A stretch of 62,045 nucleotides of DNA, counting the filler, from Porpidia crustulata (taxonomy: Eukaryota): NCBI GenBank assembly GCA_964255105.1. It is 20 parts of 20 records of this genome, joined end to end, with 100 filler letters (N's around TTAATTAATTAA, not from the genome) between each part and the next. Parts side by side here need not be neighbours in the genome. Positions count along the whole stretch, not along the records: positions 12,596 to 15,625 come from CAXUWE010002363.1; positions 15,726 to 18,752 come from CAXUWE010002364.1; positions 18,853 to 21,879 come from CAXUWE010002365.1; positions 21,980 to 25,006 come from CAXUWE010002366.1; positions 25,107 to 28,126 come from CAXUWE010002367.1; 15 more parts are not named here. One strand, 5' to 3'. The notes under the pieces are model-generated. The model made no database searches, was not told the DNA's origin, and worked only from the letters and a program-made list of their open reading frames with translations. The position numbers and the translations under genes are program-made. Positions 12,496-25,248 of this stretch are shown piece by piece. Numbering within the stretch: the stretch's first letter is position 1; every line of letters begins with the position of its first letter.

Positions 12496-13063
12496 NNNNN
12501 NNNNNNNNNNNNNNNNNNNNNNNNNNNNNNNNNNNNNNNTTAATTAATTAANNNNNNNNNNNNNNNNNNNNNNNNNNNNNNNNNNNNNNNNNNNNGATAT
12601 AGGTTAATACCCAATATATGTATTTTGTTCTTTTGTGCCGTTGAGACTAGTTGTGGTGATTGGGTACGCATGTATAAACTGGAGTAGACCTAGAAATCCG
12701 TCTGTATTGAAAATACTACGGCTCTCATTTGAATAAAACTTATGTCCAAATGATATTTCATATTAAGTAGCTCAAGGATCATTGAATCATTCAGCATCCT
12801 CATACCAATATTATGTTAAAGCAGAAATAGATAATTGTGTGCACTCTGGACTTGGCCGTCCATTTAATGGAGATGAGGATGTGGCTTTTCGATTAGTGCA
12901 CTTTCCGTTAGTCGCATAAATACCATCCTATGTGTGAGATGATGAATGTCCAGATTGTTCTACGCTGTTTGCCATGGCTTATGAGAATCAACAAACCGTC
13001 AAACTGAAGATTAGTTGCTCTTAGGAAGCTTCCCCCACGCGGCTGAGCGGGAAGCGCCTACAA

Positions 13064-13229
13064 TACCTCGTATTCACCCCTCCTTCGATTACACCCCTAG
13101 TTCGAAAACAGCACCTAGAGTTAAAGGACAAAGATTTTTTATTGTCCAAACCCAAANNNNNNNNNNGCCCTAACCCTAGGTGCTGTTTTCGAACTAGGGG
13201 TGTAATCGAAGGAGGGGTGGATGCGAGTA
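13064..13229. mobile_element. MITE-like element with ~57-bp terminal inverted repeats and TA flanks (10-N gap inside)
   Basis: 13067-13123 is the reverse complement of 13171-13227 apart from 3 transitions. TA lies at 13064-65 and 13228-29. CACCCCT is repeated 17 bp apart within the TIR. Confidence 0.8.
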
Positions 13230-13344
13230 CGCGCGATAACAAAAAAAGATTTGTGGGGCTTGAATTCATTGCTGCTAGATTGAATTGCACTGCGCAAATC
13301 TCCGTTTGAGCAGACTCCAAAATCTGCACTGGCTCTTGAGAAGT

Positions 13345-14414
13345 ATGGCATCGGATGAGATTGTGTGGCAGGTCATCAACCAGCAGTTCTGTTCGTTCAA
13401 GCTGAAGTATGTGAAATATATTCAAGGCCAATTATGCTCGCTAACCTCTATTCTCTCAGAACCCCAAAACAGCAGAATTTCTGCCGCAACGAGCACAATG
13501 TCACTGGTCTATGCAACCGCCAGTCATGCCCTCTCGCCAATTCTCGTTACGCTACCATCCGTTCCAATCCCGAGACCGGTACCCTTTACCTCTACATGAA
13601 GACCGTTGAGCGAGCGCACATGCCCTCAAAATTATGGGAGCGCATCAAATTATCACAGAACTACGCCAAAGCCCTCGAACAGATTGATGAGCGTCTCATC
13701 TACTGGCCAAAATTCCTCATCCACAAATGCAAGCAACGACTCACCAGGCTCACGCAGGTCGCCATTAGGACGAGAAGACTCGCAAAGGAGGAGGAAAGAC
13801 TAGGGGAGAAGCTAGTACCGAAGCTAGCGCCAAAAGTCCGAAGGAGAGAAGAAACGCGGGAGAGAAAGGCAGAGGCTGCAGCCAAGGTCGAACGAGCCAT
13901 CGAACGTGAACTGATCGAGCGCTTAAGAAGCGGAGCCTACGGCGACAAACCCCTAAACGTTGAAGAAGGCATCTGGAAAAAAGTGCTCAAGGGCCTCGAA
14001 CGTGGTGGCGAAGGCCAGCGCGACGAAGACCTCGACGACGGAATCGAAGACGAAGAAGAGGAAGAGCTGGAACAGGAACACGAGCTCGAAAACGAAGGCG
14101 CCACAAACGTCGAGTACGTCAGCGACGTCGACGGCGAAGAAGACGAGCAAGACCTCGGCGATCTCGAAGAATGGCTAGGCGGCAACAGCGCAGAGGAAGC
14201 CGCGACGGACGACGATAACGAAGACGACAAGACCGATAGTGATGACAGTGATGTCGAGGCCGAGGGCGGTAGAAAAGCTGCAACCGGGGCCAAGAGGAAG
14301 CGCGGGAACGCGCCACCGCCGCCGCCGAAACGCAGGACGAAAGGGCCAAGGGTGGAGATTGAGTATGAGCGGGAGTTGGAGCCGCCGTTGCGGGAGCCGT
14401 TGCTTGCGACTTGA
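13345..14414 (+). CDS. MAK16: Mak16, 60S ribosome biogenesis protein
   Basis: [21 protein letters not shown]^[32 protein letters not shown]; intron 13407-13459; acidic tail ending [21 protein letters not shown]. Confidence 0.97.
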
Positions 14415-15263
14415 TATATTGGGCGGACTTGTTACCAGCCGTTTTTCAAAAGCTTTGGTTGGTGTGCTGGCGAGTTGTTGCTCTTTGCTACGATGATCTC
14501 GGTTGGAGTGTTTACAAAGCCCTTTAGATAATTGTGGGAATCGATGGGCTTGGAAGATGGAAAGTGCGGTCTTGGTGTATGATCGTAGACGGATGGAAAA
14601 TGTGGTCTTTGACCAGCATTCGGCTCATGAGGATGGACTCGGCAGGGAGTGTGAAAGTGAAGGGATGCTCTCAAAACCCCTCACGGTTTCAGGTGGCAGT
14701 CATAGATACATCACGCAGAAAATCGACCATGCACAAATAGTATATGAACACATCGTCCACCACCTCGAATTGATTCATATCCTCTAATCGAAGCCCTGAC
14801 CATCCGTACCTCCTGCAATGCACATCACCCCGTAGACGTAAGCGATATATCCGGGATCCCCGCGGCCGCTATGCCGTGGAGACTGAAGTGCTCATTGGTT
14901 GAATTTCGGCTTCGAGGATGGAGAGGGGATTGAAGGATGACGGTGATCGATGGAGCGGTGGACGCTGTGGACTGCGGCGTAGAGCTGCGGTTCTGGATGA
15001 TTGGTCGCAAGCTCTGAGGGGCGCATTTCTTGATGAAGGCAAGATAACGGAGCTAGGTGGGGAGGGGAGGAGGAGGGTTGAAAGACAGGTTTGGGATAGG
15101 GCGGTGGATCTGGAGAGTGGGTCAGTTTTGGACTTGTAAACGATAGAGCGATCTTGCTGACGCCTACCTGATGTCGTGATTGGGGCCCTTTATTTTTAGT
15201 TTTGAGTCTTGCCAGCAAGGAAATTAAGTTCCGAGAAACACTGATGAGCTAATTGGTTGACTC

Positions 15264-15625
15264 TCATCGATTCCTCTCATAGCTCCGCTCTCGAGCATAC
15301 CTCTGCCTACCGGCAGGGGAACGGCTCCTTTCCCCGCGTGCTCTTGGATATCTATCGTCATCCCTCCGCCTCTCAGGGCTTCTTGATCGTGACCGTTGTC
15401 GCGGGCGTCGCTCCCTAGATCTCGATCTGTTGTGTCGACGGCTTTCACCGTCGTCTTTGTCATGGTGCCGATGTCGGTGATGATGATGCCGCCTTTTTCT
15501 ATCCTGGCTTCCGCTTCGTCGCCTATGCTCTCTCCTCGCATCACGACTCCTACTTCTTTTTCTTCTCTTGTCCGATCTCTCGGCTTTTGCCTCCCCTTCC
15601 CCGAGTCCCCCCCTCTCGCCTACAT
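15264..15625 (-). CDS. C-terminus of an Arg/Ser-rich (RS-domain) nuclear protein, 5' truncated
   Basis: A frame absent from the ORF track reads KRRKRSRSRDARREHRRRS..HHHHRHRHH..RSRSRERRPRQRSRSRSPERRR..RSYERNR* (TGA 15266-15264). Confidence 0.7.
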
Positions 15626-15725
15626 NNNNNNNNNNNNNNNNNNNNNNNNNNNNNNNNNNNNNNNNNNNNTTAATTAATTAANNNNNNNNNNNNNNNNNNN
15701 NNNNNNNNNNNNNNNNNNNNNNNNN

Positions 15726-15777
15726 GGTTTGGGGTGTGCACGGGACCGGAACGTGCACGGGCCCGGGAATACTCCTA
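15726..15777 (-). mobile_element. Fot1/pogo-type TIR end, copy 1
   Basis: 52 bp identical to 18854-18905, ending in TA. The reverse complement is TA|GGAGTATTCCCGGGCCCGTGCACGTTCCGGTCCCGTGCACACCCCAAACC, with a direct repeat 17 bp apart. Confidence 0.75.
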
Positions 15778-16299
15778 CTCAAAGAGGTATGTCTTTCCGG
15801 CATGATGTGTAGATATCTAACCGAGATCTCACCAAATAGCCAGACTTCTTATCACAACATCTACAGCCTGAGGTTTGGGACACCGACAAGGCTTTGCGAA
15901 GATGCACGACCGGGGTAAACCTCCCTGGACGCTATTCTTGAACGAAGCTGCAGGGTGGGCAATTGGAGCCAATCAGCAGCTTCATGGACCGAAGAGAGGG
16001 GCAAGCGATAACGACTTGCCCTATTAGAATTGAAGCTGGAGGTGTGGGCAGATGTGCCTATCGCGACCCGGGAGCTCTTGATACTCGAACAGTCATTGAT
16101 CACAGATCGAACAATGACCTTGATAGCTGGATTGACTTCACCATTCCTCTAGCTGGTGCGGCCTACGACTATACTACTACATTTGGTTTCTGTTGCGGGC
16201 AGCGATAGCTTGCGTTAATATACTTCGAATCCCCCCGGAACCCTCGTCCACGAGGTCGCAATCTACTAATAGTGAACGACGCGCTTTTTGTTCGAAGCC

Positions 16300-18560
16300 A
16301 TGAATGCGGTACGCAACTATGCTGCTTCGCGACAGGGTAAGCCAGTTGTTGAAGAGCCGGTCACTTCTGTGTTACCCGACGGCGAAGTTCCTGTCTACGA
16401 TCGTCAATTGAACGCGGATGAGGAGGTTCTTGCAGCCTTGGGATACAAGCCGGAGTTCAAGCGTGAATTCAGCTTATGGACGACATTCTGCGTCAGTTTT
16501 GCTGTCTTGGGTTTACTTCCCAGTTTTGCGAGCACTCTCTATTATGTGAGTCTGCTGATACGCACAATGGAACTGGAGTACGGAATTGATCTGGGTAGGG
16601 AATGGGATATGCTGGGACACCTGGAATGGTCTGGGGATGGATCATTGCGATGATCTTCATTCAATGCGTCGCTATGTCAATGGCAGAGCTTTGCTCCTCG
16701 ATGCCAACTTCTGGGGGTCTCTATTACGCAGCAGCGGTGCTAGCACCACCGTAAGTATCCTATTTGGAACACATATCTACCTCCGCTGACACTTACCAGT
16801 GGATATGGCCGTGAGTTGCCACATCATTACCCCGAGCACTCTACTCATTTTTCATAGCCCTCGCTGCGTGGCTGACTGGTTGGTCCAACTGGCTTGGCCA
16901 GGTTACTGCTGCACCTTCCATCGATTACGGCATGGCAGCAATGATCTTAGCCGCCGGATCGATATCAAATCCCGATTTCGTGCCACAACCATACCAGGTC
17001 TTCCTCCTCACGACTCTTATCATGCTCGTCCATGCATGTATCAGCTCCATGCCTACGAAATGGATTGCGAATTTTAACGCTTGGGGCTCCACATTCAACA
17101 TGATAGGCTTGCTGGTTGTCATTATACTGATTCGTATGTATTCCTGCAGCTTTGATGATTCCCATGATTTCTAGTCTTGGGTTTTGGGATGTATTTCGAG
17201 AGTAGATTGAGCTTTTCTTTAATTTTGCCCTTTTCACACTGCAGAATTGATCTACAAGCAATTAGGACAAGACTGAATCCAAACAGCGGCAGGGACCAAT
17301 AGAGCTGACCAGGGCATGCCTCGCTTCACGCCATCGAGTAGTGTATGGAACGACTTTTACGCCGGCACCGACTTTTCGAATGGCGTAGCTCTCCTTATGA
17401 GTTTCGTTGCTGTCATCTGGACTATGAGGTAAGACTCCAATTCCGGCCTGAAATTCTGCTAAGTCATTGCTATAGTGGATATGATGCGCCTTTCCATTTG
17501 AGCGAGGAATGCTCCAATGCCAATATAGCGTCACCAAGAGCTATAGTTCTCACCAGCGGCATTGGGGGTATCTTCGGTTGGGCGTTGCAGATGGTCGTTG
17601 CATACACTGTCGTCGACATTGGCGGCGTATTAGGGTCAGATCTCGGTCAACCGTGGGCGGCCTATTTGATTCAAGTAATGCCTCAGAAGATCACAATGGC
17701 CATCTTGGCGCTCACGATTATATGTGCATTTTCAATGGGACAGGGAAACATGGTAAGTTTTGCGCTTGGACGAGTACTCAAATCTCTATCCCCAAATAGC
17801 TCATACCCGCTAGGTCGCAGCATCACGCGTTACCTTTGCCTATGCCCGTGACGGCTGTCTTCCCGGCTCCTTTTGGATTAAACGCGTCAACAAAACTACC
17901 CAGACTCCTGTCAACGCAGTCTGGTTCAACACCGCTATCGGAATCCTCATGACCCTGCTCATCTTTGGTGGCCCCCTAGCCGTCGGCGCCCTCTTCAGCA
18001 TCGGCGCCATTGCGGCGTTCGTCGCGTTTACAATCCCAATCTCCATTCGAGTGTTCTTTGTGGGTGATCGGTTCAGACCAGGGCCGTGGAATCTGGGTAA
18101 ATACAGCATGTTTATCGGGGGAACAGCTTGTGCGTTTGTGGTGCTCATGGTACCGATCTTGATGCTGCCGAGTTCGATCAAAGGAAACCTGAAGTCTGTA
18201 TCCACTTTATGTTTTGAACCCTCGGCGCTGATAGAACCTCCAGCGCATCAAACATGAACTGGACATGTCTCTGCTACGGAGCACCCATGTCCTTTGCCAT
18301 TCTCTGGTGGATCATCGACGCAAGGCAATGGTTCAAAGGGCCCAAGGTGAGTCCTCCCACCAGCATATAGCACATATACTCGCTAGATATGAAACGCTAA
18401 CCAACGCACGCGATAGGTCAACATCGAACACGCGATGCTCGGCCGCGAGGACAATATCATTGACGGCAAGGAACACGCGCGCGATAGCGAGGGGTCAAGC
18501 GCAGGTAGCATCACGAAGGATCGTGTCGTTAACGACAAGCAAGCAGGCGAGGTTGCATGA
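16300..18560 (+). CDS. GABA/amino-acid permease (APC superfamily, UGA4-like), multi-exon
   Basis: LAALGYKPEFKREFSLWTTFCVSFAVLGLLPS; SMAELCSSMPTSGGLYY; GYDAPFHLSEE; FRPGPWNLG; WFKGPK^VNIE; TGA 18558-18560. Includes an 11-nt exon at 16800-16810. Confidence 0.92.
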
Positions 18561-18853
18561 GGGGTTGAGAAATGGGTCACTCTTCTATACAATTCTACTT
18601 TTTATGAATAGCGCGCGATATATCCCATGTCACAGACCCCCCAAATGCCCTTCTCTGCCACAAACCTCGAACATCTTCCCAACGAAAACCGTCATCCAGT
18701 CAGCCAGGCAAGAAAAAAGGCCCCATAACCATGGCAGACCGCACTATATCAANNNNNNNNNNNNNNNNNNNNNNNNNNNNNNNNNNNNNNNNNNNNTTAA
18801 TTAATTAANNNNNNNNNNNNNNNNNNNNNNNNNNNNNNNNNNNNNNNNNNNNG

Positions 18854-18905
18854 GGTTTGGGGTGTGCACGGGACCGGAACGTGCACGGGCCCGGGAATAC
18901 TCCTA
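18854..18905 (-). mobile_element. Fot1/pogo-type TIR end, copy 2
   Basis: Identical to 15726-15777; the flanks diverge immediately after the TA. Confidence 0.75.
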
Positions 18906-19143
18906 ACTTATCGATACGTAGGCGTGGTAGGTACGCGGGGCACCATTACAGCTACCAATGCGATATCATTATACTATTTACCTAGCCATCTCAAAGCTTC
19001 AATACAAATCTAGGATAAATGTCTATTCGGTGACTTAGGAAGTAGTTCGTTGTGTCGTCAGTCACCGAAATCTCAAAACAGTTTCCCGAAATATTTCATT
19101 CTGTTAGGCTTCATAACGTACCTGGTCTTTGGTTTTCGTGTCC

Positions 19144-21836
19144 ATGTCTTTGCTTCAGAACGAAGAGTAAGATACTCCTCTGCCTATACATTGTTTCCAA
19201 TGCAAGAATCTGTGGCCGTTTTGGGGCTTTATGTTGCGCGACAATTAGGAAATATCATCTATTGATCCGAATGACCTCGTAGTTTCCTCATCTGGCAACT
19301 CAGAACGTCTTACTTAACGCACATCAAAGATGGAATCGGGGAACGTCTGATCAATATTGAATCTAGTGCTCTCAATAATCCAGCATTTCGTGCGGCAGGA
19401 TGGACGGTGAACGCTGCAGACATCAAGAGGACTTACTCACCACCTATCCCAACGGCGATCACTTCAGACTACTTCGCTGTACCACCCAGATCTGCCAGCA
19501 TTATACCTCCTGGTCTCAATGAAGAAGACGAGGAAGAGGGAATGGTCACTGGAGGCCGTAGTAATGATACTGTCGGACCAGGCCCTAATGTGAAAAGAAG
19601 GCGACGTCGTGAGCAGCACGATGAAGATGACAGCAGTGATTTGAGTGACGAGAGCGACGAAGACACGGAAGGGACTCAAAGGTGATACAATAGTCTTGAA
19701 TGGACTGCACGAGGGCTGACAAGTGCAAGAGCTGCCCAGCAAATTAGATTTGCCAAGATGCCCGTTAGAGTGCGGGCAGGTTCATCGCCTATTCGTGGCT
19801 CAAACATGGAAGATGTTGACATCCTTATGATATCGCCTTCACGAAGAAGTGGCGATGGACGCCTTCGAAGAGGCTCCCTTGGTGCTGTTGAAGCTGTGAA
19901 GCAACGTGCGAGAAGAGACACTACCACAAGTAGTGACTTGTCATCTGAAAATGAATTAGATCCTTCAATCTTCAAAAGGCGGCATATCAACCCCAGCAAA
20001 GCCGCAAAGGCCAGTAATCTACTGACCGAGAAGCACAAAGAAGACGAGAGAGAAGCCAACAATTTAGGTGATACGATTGATGAAGACTCTGCAGAAGAAT
20101 CAGGCCGCACCAGCCTGTCTTCAGAATTTGGAGAAACTGCCGACTCGGGATCTTTGCTTGACGGGGTCCGCAATCCTCTTGCTGCTTCCTCGTTAGATGA
20201 CATTCGTTCTGCTATGTCGCTGGACCCCGAATCTCCCAAAAGGGTGGATAAACCTCCTCCCCCATCATCAATGCTGCAAGCGTTACCTCCTCCGAGACCG
20301 ATTAGTACCATTCAGCCTATCAGTCTTCTGGGTCAAGCGATAAGAGCGAGACAGGATAAGCCCAAAAATCCAATCGAGATCTTTGCAAGACTTTCAGGGA
20401 AAGGGGTCCTAGATCCTCTTTATATTAAAATATATGCCCCATTCTCGGAGAGTCCAGAGGAGCCTTACGACATGCCTTTACAGAGGAATATCCAAGACAG
20501 CAATTCAGGCGAAAAACCGCAAGTGACAGTCGCCGACGCTATCGGCTTAAGCTTGTGGAGGTATCAAGAGGAAGGACTCAAACCGCCGGTCGATAACAAG
20601 AAGCTCAATGTTAACCGATGGACGCTACGCATGGTTGATGATGGGGAGGTTGAATTTGATTTCCCTGCACTTTCGAGGACTAGACCTATGGTCGACTTCA
20701 CGAGCAATAATAATAGAGCTACTCGGGGAAGGTCTCGTGAAAGACCATACGATGAATTTGCCCTAGTAGAAGCCACCGAAGCACAGTACAAGGAGAACCA
20801 AAGCCTTACGCCAAAGTACGAGCAGCAAATGCCTCCAGCTGAGGAAGAGCCCACCAGTCTTATCCCATCGCAGCAAGGGCCACACGAAAAGAAAGAATTA
20901 TACGGCTCCAGCACCGCGACAGAACGGCCTTTCCCCACGGGACTTCGCCGCCCTACAATCCCCCCAGCCGACAAAGCAATCATACCAACCTCACACTCCA
21001 CTCCCCGCACCGGTCCCACCAAAATGCTCAAAATCCACTTCACCAGCCTCGAAGCCTTCACCCAAATCAACACCATCGAAGTCACCACCGACACCTACAT
21101 CGCCGAAGTCCTCGATACCGTCTGCAAGCGCTGGAAACTCGACAAAGCGTACCACATCCTCAAAGTCACCGGCACCAACACCATCGCCCCCGTCGACCGC
21201 ACCGTCGAAGCCATCGGCAACCGCACCGATCTCGATCTCGTGCGGCGCCGGTTCGCAAACAACGGTGCGCTAGGGATTTCAGGAAGCCCGGGGAGCAGTT
21301 CGCCGAACGCACCGTTGCTGATCATGGAAGACACGCCCAAGAAGGGGAAGCGAACGGTGGGGATGATGCATCCGCTGGCGCAAAAGCAAGACGTGCTCGG
21401 CAGCACCGGGCGGTACAAGAAATACACCGTCATCCGCAAGCAGCCAATGTCCTTCACACCCTCCCACCAACGGATCCTGCTCATGGACGAAGACTACATG
21501 CACATCCTCCCCGGCGAAGCCGGAAAAACCCTCTTCGACACCAGCGCCGCCGCCACGAGAAAAGTGCCCTTTAGCATGATGATCGGCTGCAAAGTCAGCC
21601 GCAGACACCCCAAGAACTTCCACGTAAGTGAACCCTCCCCAACGGAAACAGACCAGTAAAACACCAGATGGAAGCCCAAGCTGACATATCTTCACGAAAA
21701 AAAGGTCGTCGTCTTCCGCGAGCGGGAAAAACGCTACGATTTCGAGGCGCAGAATGTGGCCGATGCGGCGGAGATTGTGGAGGAGATTACAAAGGGTATG
21801 GAGCCGTATCATCCGCTGCATCAGAGTGGGATGTAG
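19144..21836 (+). CDS. SIN1: TORC2 subunit Sin1/Avo1 (CRIM and PH domains)
   Basis: MSLLQNED^FLIWQLRTSYLTHIKDGIGERLI (intron 19167-19282); TVADAIGLSLWRY..NRWTLRMVDDGEVEFDFPAL..DEFALVEA; PH domain YKKYTVIRKQPMSF..KRYDFEA; TAG 21834-21836. Confidence 0.93.
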
Positions 21837-22032
21837 ATTTCGTTTGAGGGTGAAGTGGTTGCGCTGCGGGTGGGATAGGNNNNNNNNNNNNNNNNNNNNN
21901 NNNNNNNNNNNNNNNNNNNNNNNTTAATTAATTAANNNNNNNNNNNNNNNNNNNNNNNNNNNNNNNNNNNNNNNNNNNNCCCCGTCCCTGACTCCCAAAT
22001 TCCGTGAATCCGCAAGCCCAAGCTTACCGACA

Positions 22033-24095
22033 TCACGGCACACTGGCCATGTCCCTCTCGTGGAACACACATCTCAGATCCGGTTTCTCCCACAGCGTGT
22101 AGCCCCTGCTATCTCGTTCCCAGTCGACCTCGTCGGCGTTGAACCATGCGACGTCGAAGCGCCAGAATAGCTTGGCCAGGACCATGCGCATTTCGAGGTA
22201 TGCCAGGCTGTTTGCGTGTTAGCGAGATGCTCGATCAGCGTTGGGGAACAGCGCTTGGTTGTGGTTATTAGTTGAGAAGGGGAGTGGTTATTGGTTGAGA
22301 GGGGAAAGGAATCAACTTACTTCCTTCCCAAGCAACCTCTTGGGCCGTAAGAAAAGGGGAGGCTCCGGTCTAGCTTATCGCCCATTTGACCTTCGGGCTC
22401 CTTGTCGATCCAGCGCTCGGGGATGAATTGCTCGGGCGCGTGGAAGTTGGTGGGGTCTCGGAGGACGGACCAGGGGTGGACGGATACGCGGGTCTGGAGG
22501 GACTGTGAGTAGATGGAGTGTTTGGCTTCTTGTGTGGAACACTCGAATGAGTAGACGAGATTGGGGATGAAGGGAGAAGGAAGAAAGCACGTGAAAAAGT
22601 GCGTGCAAGAAGACAGGGAGGTCGGACAGACGTACTCCTCCCGGGATGAAGCTTCCGGAAATCTCACACCCTCCCTTGGGCACGATTCTGCTAAGATGCG
22701 CGGCACCAGCTGGCGGATAGATGCGCAGCCCCTCTTCAACAACGGCGTTGAGATACGTAAGGCGCATGAGCTCTTTGCTTTTCATGGCGTCAATGCTCGA
22801 AAAGGTGCTTCGAAGCTCATCTTGAAGCCTCCGGAGTGCCTGACGGTTATGGCAAAGGTAGTACAAGGCACCGGAGAGAAAAGTGGCGGTCGTCACCGCG
22901 CCCGCCATCATGATCACATTGTAGTGGGAGGCGATTTCCTTGGGCGTTGCCGCAGGGCCTTTGGCATTGATAATGTGGTACATGAAGTCTTTTCGGTCCG
23001 TTTGGAGTCGGAGGCGTCTGGTTGGTTGACTTGTCAATATTCTCCGCTGCCTCAACTCCTTGGATAAGGGTAGTGGAATGGAGCCACATACGATTCGGTG
23101 TGCTCTGTCGCATATTCTGCATGCCGGTACAGTGTCTTCCTCAGGTGAGAGGGCTGGTACCATTCGAGGAAGGAGAACAAGCCGGGAATACAGACTACGG
23201 CGCGCATGACGTCGTTCATGTAAGTGGATTTGACGATCACGTCCGCCCAGTGAAAGCGATGTTCGAAATGGAGGTTAGTGCAAAGCCTTTGAGTAGATAA
23301 AGCATCACTTACCATGTTGCCTTTTCAACTGCAATTCCCATGAGTCGCCAAAGGACATTTCACCCATGATATTGAATGTTACATAATTGAACTTCTGGAT
23401 AATATTAGTACCTCTCTTACCGTCCTCGTTGTGGGTGCTGCCAATGACTTTTAGAAGCTCGTCGGTTCGACGAATCAGCACATCTTCATTCTCCACTAGA
23501 TTAGACATGCTGAAAGCAAAGCTGAGCATCCTTCTCATACGCGAATGCTCCTCCTTTTCGCATTCATTGATGATATTCATGGAGTGATCGACCTCTGGCG
23601 TAAAGAAGCGAGGGTCTTTTGCCATTGATGGAATTGTTTTCGTACCAAATCCATAGATGATCTTTTGAGCGGCGTGATCGTTAAAGCTCAAGTGGTTCGG
23701 TGCGATGCGAACAATAGAACCTACGGGAATAAGTATGATCAAAATCCGATACACAGGAATCTGACCATATTTTTTGTGCCAATCATGATTCAACCAGGGA
23801 CCTCGACCGCTCAGCAGAGCGTAATACCAATTTCCCTATGAACAATTCTCAGCTAACCAATATGCCCTGAGATTTCTATGTCATACATCGCCTCCCTTTG
23901 CGAGCAATGGCCCTGGAAATCTTGCCAATTGATGGAAGACAGTAAAGTATACAAGTCGTCCCACAATTGCCAACAAAGCCTTTAAGAATTCGGTTCAGTA
24001 AGCTTCTGAAGGGCGCCGAAGGAGTTCGAGCATCGTACCAAGGCTACGGGCCAGACGATCAAATCTCCCCAGTTAAAGAGAGTGGTCAAAATCAT
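22033..24095 (-). CDS. Cytochrome P450 monooxygenase (CYP65-like), multi-exon
   Basis: HQLARFPGP, IVRIAPNHLSFND, AGAVTTA (I-helix), EEGLR (ExxR), FIPERW and PFSYGPRGCLG heme motif; ATG 24095, TGA 22035-22033. Confidence 0.9.
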
Positions 24096-25248
24096 TATCC
24101 CTTTTTATCAATGGGAAATGCACAATCCAGATAGCCCAAATGAGGCTTGGGAGGTATGATACTGATTCTATGACGCTTTAGTCTCGCCTGTTGCTAATGG
24201 GCCGTCAGAAACCGGAACAAAGGTTGCGATCTATAAATGTTACGGGAGCATTCTGACCGGAATTAAGGCAGCTCTCTTGGCATCATTGATCAGTGATGTG
24301 AAGTTGCCTGATGAGGGGCACGATATCTTGATGGGGCGATTGGGGGCTGCCCATGTGGTCTCGTTCTTCACTCCTTCTCAATAGATCCAAACCAATTTTG
24401 CTCTTGCGTTCACCCCACGGAACCTGAATTGGGAAGAAAGATAAAAGCGTTGAGAATGTGAAGTAGACTTCGCGGCGTCTACAAGACCAAAGCAACCGAC
24501 TTCATATGACTGGATATAGTATAGTATATGTGCATCTTGTCTCAACATGCAATTCCAAGCCTCACAGCAAACTCAAGGAACGTATAAATGTATGACAAAA
24601 AAACAGAGGGAGGATGCTCTCGCACCATCCACTTTTGGTGTCTTCTATTAGTATTCCATGGACGCTCGAGACGCGCTGCCTTCTAAAGCAAATACGCCCG
24701 GACCTCTGACATCGTAAGGAGTGAATAACGTATAGGTAGGTAGCCATAAGCAGCCGTAGCTTTGGCCGCTACCACTTCACCCACACCCCATATATCTGTC
24801 ACACTCAACTCTATTCAGGTACATGACCAATCGGACATTCATCATGCCGCCGTAACCTTCATCGACGAGCACGTTTTATCGACAAGGTCGGGACCGAATC
24901 GGAAGGTCAACAGACATGGCGAATTGCAACAGATTACTGGCCTGAAACGAGCCATGGGGGGGGGAGTGACATTGCATGTCACGAAAGGTTCTCGTGACGG
25001 GGAAAGNNNNNNNNNNNNNNNNNNNNNNNNNNNNNNNNNNNNNNNNNNNNTTAATTAATTAANNNNNNNNNNNNNNNNNNNNNNNNNNNNNNNNNNNNNN
25101 NNNNNNACCCCATCCCATCCTCCGCTCCCCCCTCCCACGCTTCAGTAGTCAAGAAATCAGGACAGAATCGTGCCCAAGATTCATGAGACTTTGTCAATAG
25201 CCCGCGTGTCTCGCATGTCGCATGTACAGCCTGCTAATCATCATCAAA

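Noticed and set aside
15224..15544. 106-aa ORF MMRGESIG..
   Set aside because: It is an alternative frame of the RS-rich C-terminus, which is the more plausible coding frame.
17134..17286. Intronic C/D snoRNA or stwintron in the longer permease intron (TGATGA..CTGA)
   Set aside because: The CTGA coincides with the likely branch site, there is no terminal stem or recognisable guide, and a nested donor would be poor.
24966..25006. Short palindromes and TGTCACG, a possible LTR start, at the contig end
   Set aside because: Too short and single-copy here to support a call.
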